The notes under the pieces are model-generated. The model made no database searches. It was not told where the DNA came from and was given only the letters and a program-made list of their open reading frames with translations. The position numbers were made by a program, and so were the translations under genes. Positions 53,001 to 64,000 of a stretch of 64,000 bases of DNA are shown in pieces (position 1 is the first letter of the stretch; each line of letters begins with the position of its first letter). This DNA comes from Pecten maximus (lineage: Eukaryota). The DNA is taken from assembly GCF_902652985.1 (NCBI RefSeq), contig NC_047015.1, forward strand, positions 55,304,001 to 55,368,000. Direction: 5' to 3'.

Positions 53001-56000
53001 AATATGGATACATGTAGTCATGATCCAGAACCATGTTGGTCTGTGACACCAAGACACAGCAGGGGCCGCGGTGGCCGAGTGGTTAAGGTGTACCGACACT
53101 TTATCACTAGCCCTCCACCTCTGGGTTGCGAGTTGGAAACCTACGTGGGGCAGTTGCCAGGTACTGATCGTAGGCCGGTGGTTTTTCTCTGAGTACTCCG
53201 GCTTTCCTCCGGGGATCCACCTCCTAAAACTGGCACGTCCTTAAATGACCCTGGCTGTTAATAGGACGTTAAACAAAAACAAACCAAACCAAGACACAAC
53301 AGAGCAGCGTATTGAAATATAAAGGGGGAGATAACTCATTTTTTTGTGACGAAAAGAGAAAACAAAAATTTGTTGCATTATTTTTATTTTTATGGTAAGG
53401 TCAGGATTGTATTTTTGTTTTTACATAATCTAGTATTTATAAAAAGTATAATAATGTATTATTCAATTAACATATCTATATGGTAAACAATTTATGCAAT
53501 ACAATGTAGTTACTATATTATATAGTGTGTCAAAGTTCAAATGTTGTGTGTCTAGGCTTTAGTGTTATGAGACATTAAAAGAAAAATTATACATTTTTTT
53601 TGAGAATGAATAATACATATATAGATCCATTAAATAAACAGTCATGACAGATCCAGTATTCTTTTTCGTTCCTAATTTTAAGGTCAAAGGTTATAATTTA
53701 CTATCAGTTAGTTTTGATCAGAGGTACATGTGATTGTGCTTTTCTTTCTTTCAGATACAGTGAATCGTTATACGTGTACATGTATATCATATTCATATTT
53801 TTTTTATTTATTCTATTTTTCATACTTTCTATTAAAATTTGGATTCAAGGTCAAAGTGCCTTCAAGGTCAAAATGCCAAATCTTAACCTCAGTGTTAACG
53901 TTTCTGTTTGTAGGAATTGTGAATAGACTTCATGATTCTTAATAGGTGTGGTTTGCATTGTTGATATTCATGCATGATTAATTGTACATGTCATTTGTTA
54001 TATGTGTGGTTGTTATTGTTGTTTACTGTACAACAATAATACAAATAATTGTCTGGTCCAGAAGAACACATGTATACATGTGTGGTTCGTTTATATATAC
54101 TGGACTTGCTGCATTCTGAGGTAATTGTCAGTCTGCTTTGAACTATTGGTAATATACATATGTACACTTACTGCTAACAGGGAGATTCCTGGGCTTCGGA
54201 TCTGGCAGAAGGCCAAATATAGCCTATCTGAAGCATTCCTCACAGGTTTCATCTTCCTATCAAATCACAACAATTACATAAACATCTCCATCTTTTAGGG
54301 TCATGGCCATGTCACAGCCAAGGTCAGAGGTCAATTAGACAAGCTTTAAGTCAGATCCAAGTTTAAAGGTTATCCTGAATAGAGAAAAATAGTAGATCTA
54401 GAGTGCATGGATGTTTTCAATCAAAAGTGAAGGCTAGAGCCTTTGTATTTTTTGTCTGGGTCAAGGGTCAAAGATCAAATTAATCTCAGAACAAAGTATA
54501 TGATTTTTGTGATATCATTTATATATATATACTTCATATTTTTATTTTTACTTTGTTAACAAATAAAAAAAAATAAAATAAAAATATGGAGAAATGGTGA
54601 AAAAAAAAAAGTTGATAAGTAATTTGATTAATTTATTTGGACAACTATTCTTTTTAGTTTTTGTATGTTTATATACATGTATATATTGATTTGAAAACCG
54701 AAGAAAAAAATTCTTAAAAAAAAAACAAAAAAAATCATTATAGCAATTAATACCAATTTTAGTTCCACAAACCGACAAATATATCTTAAAGTGTGTCTAA
54801 TCAGTTAAGGTATATATCAATTATCTCTCAGATCTGGAATAGAAAGAAAATTTAAAATGGAATGTGTCTGTTAGCTTGTATGATTTTATTTGTGCATCAG
54901 CTGATCATGTATTGTTTTCACACCCACAGAAGGAAACGCTGTTCTTCCAGTTCGATGCCTCCTCTGTACCAGATGAGATGGCAGAGGTGATGAAATCAAT
55001 CAAGGAGGTGAGATCTTTAATTAAAGTTTCTCATTTAAATTGTCATGCAGTCACATTTTTATGCTCAAATCACTTCCCTAGTGGATAGTGTAAAAAAATT
55101 AGCATTCAAGTTTGGGGAGGACTCACTATTTTAAAATTTATGATTCTGCAAAAACAAGGAAGTGGGCATATAATTATGGACACAGACTTATTTGCAGGTA
55201 GATATAGTGATTTCAGTTTAAACACTTCCAGCTTTCTCACAAAAAGAAAAATTGAAAAATTATTTGTTCAGCATTTAATTTTTTTACAGGTTTATTACAA
55301 ATTTAGAAAAATGGACATGTAATATATTACTTAAATATATAAATACCAAGGCAGGAAACAAGTTTTAAATTTTTCTTTTTTGTTATATTATTTATAAAAT
55401 TATTGAATATTTTTGTTAGCAATATACAATGTATGGTGTTCTCCCAGCTGTCTGTCCTTTCATCTGCTCATCATACTTTGTCTGCACTTTGATTGATTTA
55501 GATACATTTCTCAGTCAACAAATTGTTTACATGATATCTGTAACATGAGAGTTCATTAATGCTATAGAGTTACATTGTGAGAGGGTTTGAAAGGGTAAAA
55601 ATTCCATCGAGGCTGGAAAATACATGTACCAATAAAGTGGTGCATTTATTTTTCAAGTATTTTCAAGTATGATATATTTTGTACTAATTTACATCTTGCT
55701 TGTGTGATAGATATAATACAAAAATAGAATTTGAAAGAATGAGTCAATTTTGTTTTTTTTCACAGTTGGCAGAAAGCATGTTGTTTCACTGGAAGACTTT
55801 TCCTATAATCCTGCCTTCGTCTATTACGGAAATAGTTGAGGAAACTGCTGTACCTTCTGCAGAAGGGGAAAAGGAGGAAAAAGAAAGCAAACATAGGGTA
55901 AATATTAGTCTGAGTTTCCTCTGACCCTGACACCATGTCTGGTGTAGGGCCAGAGTGCACTACTATATGAAAACGTGGAAATTCTCTGACACCAAACGGT

Positions 56001-59000
56001 GTCACTAAGATTTTGGTGCAAATCCAATGAAAATCACCTATCTCACATATATGGATAAAGGAGATATTTATTTACCCCCAAACACCCATTTAGTCCCGTA
56101 TAGGTGTTCTATTCTGCCCGTATAGACCCTCGCTTTACGATGATTAGGTAAATATATGCTCAAGATTTTAATTTAATTAAAGATTCTTTATCAGAAATTA
56201 ATCTAACTTCAATTTACACACATGTGGTAACTATAAAATTAATCATAAAGTATTTTTACTTGATATCAATGTAGATTGGTAACTCTGGAGAAACTCTTCA
56301 TTCAGATATGTATGACCTTGACCTACTTTCAAGGTCATAGGGGTCAGTTATATCAAAATCTTTAAAAGATTAATTTTAAATTACTGAGAGGCCCATGGTC
56401 ATAATATTGGGCCAGTATAGACTGCTGGAATGGAAAGCTATCAAGTTTCTTGAAATAAAAGACCTTGACCTACTTTTTAGTTACACAGAGATGTGATGTC
56501 ATATCATGTTAAATTCTCAAAACGTTAAATCACTGAGTGGATGAAGAGAGCTCAACCAATGTGAGACCTAAAGCCTTAAATCATTAATTAGTGCATCACA
56601 TGACAGAATACTGATTTCCTATTGGCTACAAAAATGGATATATGAGACGCCACTGCCCGCTCTTCTAGGCACTATCAAATATGATGTGAAATTAAATGTG
56701 TATCTAAAGTGACATCACTGTTGTAATTGATGCAGAAGGAAAAAATGGCAGACACCAACTGGCTCTCAGATAGTGAAATATTAAGTTGAATGTTGAAATT
56801 AGCAAAGTAAATGTATGTGTGGTGTACTTAAAAAAAATCAGTGCCTTCTCCAGTTCTACAATGCTATCCCTCGACAACACTGTCTGACCAAAGTGTCTTC
56901 TTCGGCTTGGGAACTGTGCCATCCCTCGAGAACACTGTCAAACCATGATGCCTTCTTTGGTTTGGGTAGCTCCTGTAAGCAAAAATTACTTAAATTTCAT
57001 GTGGGATTCATTTTGGAGTTAATACGTGATGAGAGTCTATCACAAATTCAAATCCTTCGCAAACATTAAAAATAACACCTTTTGGTGGCAGCCAAGTTAT
57101 CGGTAACCAATATATAGGAGTGTTACAAGTTATCGGTAACCGATATATAGGAGTGTTACAAGAAAGCAGGACTCTAATAGGTCATCATTTGCGAAATTGT
57201 AGTAATTTTATATTAATGCTTATGGAACCATGTATTCTGGAATATGTCTGAAGAAGGAAGTTCGCAAAAATAAAGTACAGAGGAGCCCACTTATTTGCAT
57301 ATCGGTTATTTGAATATCCCGCTTATTTGCATAAAATTCTCAGGTCCCGATTTTCTTCTTCTTTATCTTTGTATTTTAATCCCGTGTATTTGCATCGACT
57401 AAAACACCGACTACCGCTTATATGCATATAAAAATTCCAAAAAATCGAAAATTTTTAATTGACTTTAGGGTATTTTTGTGATTTTCTCGTAATAAAAGTT
57501 TTAAGAAAAGTGTCTTAACTTACATATTGATTCGACACGATGTACAACGTTATCTTATCATTGGTTCCCACTTCGTCAAAACAGGTTATGTTCGATGCAT
57601 CGATATCGACATTTAGTTATTATCCAGACCATATCAGTAGCATTGTGAAGAAGAATTACTGAATAAAATATTTATATGCCTCATCTTTTGATGAGATTTG
57701 TTTATTTATTATAGCATCGATCCAAACCTGTGTTCTGTGCACTTGAACACTCGCTGAGGCAGGTTGCGATCGCCATGATTGTTTACTAGGCGCGTTGCAT
57801 TGTGGGGGCATATGTGTAATGAACGACAACTCTTTGTGTGTGTGCGCCATTTTCCAAAACAAACCCAAACGACAATACACATCTCACGGTCATTTAAGAC
57901 AGTCTATTGCTTAAGCAGTTCATCATCTATGATCAAACAACTAATATACTCATAGCAGGAACAAAACGCATCTCGAGACGATAATGAATGTTAATTGAAA
58001 CCATCACATTGTACATCGTAGTGCCAACCCACGCGTGTATGACCGATATCGGACCCACAGACTCGGAGTGACAAGTAGTAAACGATGAAGTATATGCAAA
58101 TATTTGTACATTTACAAAGAATAACAACCCATTTATTTCGTATTTACTCTTATATTTTAAATAATGTTTTTTTAATTATATTTTTAATGCAAATAACGTA
58201 AACAATCATATAGCGCCCGTTTTGAGTACCTACCTGACGATCTACATAGTGTATAAGAGGGGCCAAAACCCAACTCCGCCTATACGAATACTCCGGTTAT
58301 TTGCATATTTTGTCATTGAAAAAGGGCTATGCAAATAAGCGGGTTGCTCTGTATTTGCGAAATCTAAATGATTTACAACATACCACCCCTCGACAACACT
58401 ATCAGACCGTCACCATATAGTACCCTTGAAATAAGGTACTGATATACAAAAAGAATTCCTGTTGACAAAGTTAATTACATTTACATTTACAGGGGAAGAT
58501 CAACTTTAATGACTTGTTCAAAGCGCCAACATTTGATGAACTAGACCAGGTGGCCATTAATTCGGCAGGCGTACTGAAGAAACTAACTGATAGACAGCTA
58601 CAAGATGTCTGGAATTATGGGTAATTTGTTAAACTTAGACAGCTACAAGATATCTGGAATTATGGGTAATTTGTTAAACTTAGACAGCAACAAGATGTCT
58701 GGAATTATGGGTAATTTGTTACTGCAATAGTGAATTATCTACATTGCATACTTAAATATTTTGTAAAAGCGATTCATTGGTTATTGTGGTTATAGGTATT
58801 ATAGCTTATTGCATTCATGCTGTCATGGTTGAAATTGTAACCAGAATTGTGGAACTTTGAAAGAAATAACATCAATTTATCAAAACATGTCTTCATATTG
58901 GAACAAAGTAAGTCAAAACTATTTATAGAAACCACTTGAGTACCAATACAAAATTGTTGCTGTGTGTAGTAGTTTTACAGAGATGTAATCTAGCTCTGGT

Positions 59001-62000
59001 ACCAGGTATTGAATATTAGTTCAAACGATTCATTGATCTGCTCAGTAATGATTTCATCTTTCAAGGAAAGACTAAACTGTGTAATCCTTGTAATCTTATA
59101 TACAATAATGTATATCAGGTTATTCTTGCAAAGGGTCATTTTTGTGATGTATCATTTTTTAGAAAATCATTGAAATGTATTGTTTGCAAATTTTGCTATT
59201 TTATTCATTGTAAATATTCTCATGAAGTGCACACTTTTTTCAAAATTTGACAAGTGAAAAAGTCCACTGCGCACTATACGCAGGTACAAGCCTTTGCCGT
59301 TCAGATGCATGAATGTGATGCGAAATTATTCATTCAAATTTTGCATTATCAGTGCTTGAGAAGTAATTTAAAAAAAAAAGAAGATAAAAATATTGACCTA
59401 AAATTACCATTGGTACATTTGTATGATGTCATAATATCATTGAATGATGTCATGACATAATCAACATCAAAATCCCTGGAAGAATCGATTAAGGGCTCCC
59501 TGAAGATTTTAGAAGCCTTTTTTTGACGATAGGTGTGGTACATGGTTTAAAATTGAAGTTTAAATGTTTACAGACAATTTGAGGTGGACAGTATCAACTT
59601 CCCTGGACAAGTACACAAGTGGAGACTGACCCGCCTGTTACAAAAAGGTTCCCTGACCGCACAGGACTCACTGCTGAATGTAGGTCTCTCACCAAGTCGT
59701 AGATCATCTAAGAATTTAAACATTACATGCCTTTAATATTACTTTAATCTGCCAGACAGAATAATGCAGGAAAATTTGTGTCTTTTGGCATAGTCCAGTG
59801 CTAACCTGTAAAAACTGAATTTGTACTGCTTTGTAGAATGTTTGTACCTGCCAGATCTGTCCAGTGTTGATTTCACCTCGAGTTAGCAGATTTTATCTTG
59901 TGTGGTAACGCTCACAGCCATAGTGAATTTTGCACCTGTTGCAGAAGGACTAAAATTAATTAAGCTTTAGCAAGGCAGGAAGAAGTAATGCAGGAATATA
60001 TTTACTTGGATCTTGGCTGAAAATTGAACTGTTTCCCTTTGTGTTTGTCTAAAACATATATTACTGCACTTATCCACCCCTGATAAGTGAAATATGTTAC
60101 CTTACTGACAATATAAGAACTTTGATGATTTATTTGTTTTCTGGGTTTATCGCCCACGTGAACAGCCAGGGTCTTTTCAAGGCAGAGTCTCCTTGTAGTA
60201 GTTGGTGACTACCTCACTGAACAACATACCAGATGCCTGTCGTATGCCATCCAGAGCAATTAGGGTAAAGTTTATTTCCTGAGGACACAATCACAGCAGC
60301 ACAGACCAGTCTGTTCCTCAGCTTTCTGAGAAACAATACTGACATTGGAATTCGAAGGGAGTGGCGAACCTGGCACCTCGCACCTTAGATCTTCACCAGA
60401 GGTTACGTGGATGAGCTCTAACCAACTGAGCTTCCACGGATAACTTGTTTAGATAGCAAAATTTTGTTTACTGACGACAAGAAGGATTCAGTCAATTGGT
60501 CAAATATAATAATGTGTGCTTACTGTTATAATTTTGCGACAAAAGAAAACGTGCCGGATCGCAGGATGTCAGTACAGTTATATAAATTTTCAGTATTTCT
60601 ATGTTTCAGGATATGGCTTTAGTGTTGCGGCTGCTGATCATCACCGCCCGTAACAGATTTGTCTCGCACTTCTTCAGTGTGTCCAACTCTTTCAGGGGTC
60701 TAGGTTTAGGCTTTATGAAGATCTTAGGTAGGTTCCCAAGTGTTAGATAGTAGACCCTTCCAGGGTTTTCTCGGACTCTCCAAATCCTTCATTTTGACCC
60801 CTTAATTTGAAAAACTCCCAAAATTGATAAAATCATTTAGGATTTGAGTCCATGAAAACCCTGAATTGCATAAATTATTTATTATGATGCAATATTTTGT
60901 TCAAAGTTTTAGAATGGAATTTTGAATAGCTGTCATCAGGGTGGATATTGGGAAAGTTTTCATGTGACAAATAGATTACTGGATTTTGTGTCCTTGCATG
61001 AAAAAAAAAATGACTTCATTCGGAACTAGATTATCTAAAACCCAAATATATTTATACACAGGAAGGTTCAGGTGGTTCTATGATTGTGATTTGATAAAAA
61101 ACCAGTATGAAAGTTCATAAAATAATTTAAGACCTTAAAAAGTGTTACAGTATGATGTTATACATTCCTACTTCAGGCCATGATAATAAAGTATGTTTAT
61201 AAAGAATTTGACACTATCTGGTCAGTGTGATAATAATAATTCCAAAAAAATTTAAGACATTACTGACAATATTTCATATAATATGGTTAGAAGTAACCGT
61301 ATGTGTGTCAGCGAAAATCATTTAGAAGAACAAAAAGGATTCAGATTACAGAATTTCTACATTAACCCATATAATTACACTTAATTATAATTATAATTCC
61401 TCGTTTTAGATAAATTACACTAAAGATTGTACATGTTCCTCGTTTTAGATATAAATTACACAAGAGATTTGTACATGTTCCTCGTTTTAGAAAAATTACA
61501 CAAGAGATTTGTACATGCTCCTCCTTTTAGATAAATTACACTAGAGATTTGTACATGCTCCCTGTTTTAGATAAATTACACTAGAGATTTGTACATGTTC
61601 CTCGTTTTAGATAAATTACACTAGAGATTTGTACATGTTCCTCGTTTTAGATAAATTACACTAGAGATTTGTACATGTTCCTCGTTTTAGATAAATTACA
61701 CTAGAGATTTGTACATGCTCCTCGTTTTAGATCAATTACACTAGAGATTTGTACATGTTCCTCGTTTTAGAAAAATTACACAAGAGATTTGTACATGCTC
61801 CTCCTTTTAGATAAATTACACTAGAGATTTGTACATGCTCCCTGTTTTAGATAAATTACACTAGAGATTTGTACATGTTCCTCGTTTTAGATAAATTACA
61901 CTAGAGATTTGTACATGTTCCTCGTTTTAGATAAATTACACTAGAGATTTGTACATGTTCCTCGTTTTAGATAAATTACACTAGAGATTTGTACATGCTC

Positions 62001-62188
62001 CTCGTTTTAGATCAATTACACAAGAGATTTGTACATGCTCCTCGTTTTAGATAAATTACACAAGAGATTTGTACGTGCTTCTCGTTTTAGATATCCTGAT
62101 TGGCGTTCCCTCCACAACCTCCGGTGACCTAGATGGTAAGATCCAAGACGAACACATGAGGTACTTGGTGGCAGAACTGGACATCAAG
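50055..62188 (+). CDS. Uncharacterised protein, N-terminal 236 aa; the gene continues beyond the window
   Basis: Seven phase-consistent GT-AG exons: 50055-50102, 54930-55007, 55766-55897, 58493-58620, 59574-59679, 60610-60727, 62091-62188. They give a stop-free MTEMMEDLTLKEMDPE-KETLFFQF...LAESMLFHWKTFPIILP...APTFDELDQVA...FEVDSINFPGQVHKWRL...IITARNRFVSHFFSVS...DILIGVPS...YLVAELDIK. Family not identified with confidence. Confidence 0.85.
50367..51603. repeat. 103-bp satellite array, 12 copies, intronic
   Basis: Period 103 (GAGGCC at 50461, 50564, ...). Inner copies are nearly identical and the edge copies more diverged. Confidence 0.95.
53061..53290 (+). mobile_element. Full-length V-domain SINE
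   Basis: GGGGCCGCGGTGGCCGAGTGGTTAAGG head, V-domain, CAAA tail; TSD ACCAAGACACA at 53048-53058 and 53288-53298. Confidence 0.9.
57093..57162. repeat. 33-bp tandem duplication
   Basis: CAAGTTATCGGTAACCRATATATAGGAGTGTTA, two copies. Confidence 0.8.
57278..58351. mobile_element. pogo/Tigger-type non-autonomous DNA transposon (~1.07 kb)
   Basis: TIRs CAGAGGAGCCCACTTATTTGCATA and TATGCAAATAAGCGGGTTGCTCTG, each flanked by TA; no transposase ORF. Confidence 0.85.
58591..58720 (+). repeat. 45-bp triple repeat spanning an exon end and its 5' splice site
   Basis: TAGACAGCTACAAGATGTCTGGAATTATGG|GTAATTTGTTAAACT at 58591, 58636 and 58681. Confidence 0.9.
60130..60438 (-). mobile_element. Near full-length tRNA-derived CORE-type SINE
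   Basis: Minus-strand head AGCTCAGTTGGTTAGAG (A box) and GGTTCGCCACTCC (B-box-like), a CORE-like GTGTCCTCAGGAAATAAACTTTACCC and a tail ending GACCCTGGCTGTTCACGTGGGCGATAAACCC. Confidence 0.75.
61397..62092 (+). repeat. 40-bp minisatellite made of repeated 3' splice acceptors, with a 280-bp higher-order repeat
   Basis: Unit ATAAATTACACTAGAGATTTGTACATGTTCCTCGTTTTAG; 18 TTTTAG ends from 61409 to 62090, the last being the acceptor of exon 62091-62188. Confidence 0.95.
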
Positions 62189-62715
62189 GTATAAACTTTT
62201 AATTACACAATTATCTCCCTTTGCATGATTTAAAAATAAAAATCATTTGAGAAGAACAAATTTTTCAATATTTTACTTGTTTATGTAAAATACAGAACAA
62301 TTAAATTTCAAATGTAAGATTTTTTTGTTTATTTGGTCATCTTTTTTTTTAAGTGTCGTATTTCTGTTTTTTTCAGCCTCATTGCAAGAAAGATTTTCAG
62401 ACATTTTGTACCTATGTAAAGGAAAAATGTGAACAGCTACAAGCTGACAGCTCAAAGGTCTGTATTTATAGTTGTCATGTATTAGTGTGAATGCACTGAC
62501 AGTCTGATACATGCGTCTATTTTTGTGTTCTGTCCGTCCGTCCTTCTGTCTGTCCTTCAGCTAACTTGTCCAAGCTTTATCTTACACACTACTTGTCACT
62601 AGAGCTTCATACTTGGAGGTATGGGTTCACCAGATTCTTTTATTACCGTACATTCTTGGTATATAATTTAACAACCGATGAGAGACCTTCCTTTGCTGAA
62701 TTGTTGTGTTTGTTT

Positions 62716-64000
62716 TTAGGTCATCTGACCCGAAGGGTCAGGATGACCTATAGTCATCATGCTTCGTCCGTCGTCGTGCGCCGTGCGCCGTCCGCCGTGC
62801 GTAAACTTTTCACATTTCAATCTTCTTCTCAAGTTCCACCAGTGGGATTAAGCTGAAACTTGCCTGAAATGATCCTGAGATGGTCCTGACCAAGTGTTGT
62901 TATTTTTCGGGTCAGTCCGAAATCCAAGATGGCCGCCATAGCCGCCATTTTGAAAAACACATTTTAAACTTCTTCTCAAGTTCCACTGGTGCCATTGAGC
63001 TGAAACTTGCCTGAAATAATCCTGAGATGATCCCGACCAAGTGTTGTTATTTTTCGGGTCGGTCCGAAATCCAAGATGGCCGCCATAGCCGCCATCTTGA
63101 AAAACACATTTTAAACTTCTTCTCAAGTTCCACTGGTGCCATTGAGCTGAAACTTGCCTGAAATGATCCTGAGATGATCCCGACCAAGTGTTGTTATTTT
63201 TCGGGTCGGTCCGAAATCCAAGATGGCCGCCATAGCCGCCATCTTGAAAAACACATTTTAAACTTCTTCTCAAGTTCCACTGGTGCCATTGAGCTGAAAC
63301 TTGCCTGAAATGATCCTGAGATGATCCCGACCAAGTGTTGTTATTTTTCGGGTCGGTCCGAAATCCAAGATGGCCGCCATAGCCGCCATCTTGAAAAACA
63401 CATTTTAAACTTCTTCTCAAGTTCCACTGGTGCCATTGAGCTGAAACTTGCCTGAAATGATCCCGACCAAGTGTTGTTATTTTTCGGGTCGGTCCGAAAT
63501 CCAAGATGGCCGCCATAGCCGCCATCTTGAAAAACACATTTTAAACTTCTTCTCAAGTTCCACTGGTGCCATTGAGCTGAAACTTGCCAGAAATGATCCT
63601 GAGATGATCCCCACCAAGTGTTGTTATTTTTCGGGCCAATTCGAAATCCAAGATGGCAGCCATAGCCGCCATCTTGAAAAACACATTTTAAACTTCTTCC
63701 CAAGTTCCACCAGTGCTATTGAGCTAAAAATTGCCTGAAATGATCCTGAGATGGTCCTGACCAAGTGTTGTTATTTTTCGGGTCGGTCCGAAATCCAAGA
63801 TGGCCGCCATAGCCGCCATCTTGAAAAACACATTTTAAACTTCTTCTCAAGTTCCACTGGTGCCATTGAGCTGAAACTTGCCTGAAATGATCCTGAGATG
63901 ATCCCGACCAAGTGTTGTTATTTTTCGGGTCGGTCCGAAATCCAAGATGGCCGCCATAGCCGCCATCTTGAAAAACACATTTTAAACTTCTTCTCAAGTT
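62716..64000 (+). mobile_element. Non-autonomous Helentron (HINE) with a 147-bp tandem array, running off the window
   Basis: 5' hairpin TTAGGTCATCTGACCCGAAGGGTCAGGATGACCTA and a (CGTC/CGTG)n microsatellite. Units start at 62822, 62969, 63116, 63263, 63410, 63546 (preceding unit 11 bp short), 63693, 63840 and 63987. Confidence 0.9.

Noticed and set aside
62848-63997. Repetitive 49-aa-unit ORFs (CVFQDGGYGGHLGFRTDPK...)
   Set aside because: By-product of a 147-bp (multiple of 3) satellite inside a HINE; the frame is broken by an 11-bp deletion.

Overview
AT-rich eukaryotic DNA. The repeat families (Helentron-type HINEs, V/CORE/Deu-type SINEs) point to a bivalve mollusc. By manual splicing I find six protein-coding genes: (1) the last 12 coding exons of a kinesin-8 KIF19 gene (+, 830-9238); (2) an intronless, disordered, basic 435-aa orphan ORF (-, 21062-22369); (3) a two-exon secreted protein with signal peptide, coiled coil and SPRY/B30.2-like domain (+, 25234-27109); (4) a divergent two-exon actin (+, 34386-37023); (5) RPS2/uS5 (-, 45582-47302) with a 5'TOP non-coding first exon; (6) head-to-head with RPS2, an uncharacterised gene (+, 50055 to beyond the window) in which one splice donor and one splice acceptor have been amplified into tandem arrays. 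There are also two decayed stathmin-domain-like (STMND1-like) copies, SINEs, LINE 3' fragments, MITEs, two HINEs, minisatellites and a cluster of CTCF-like motifs. No CRISPR array, rRNA or genuine tRNA gene was seen. The most notable candidates are the secreted coiled-coil/SPRY protein and the splice-site arrays. All family assignments are from recall of motifs; no search was run.
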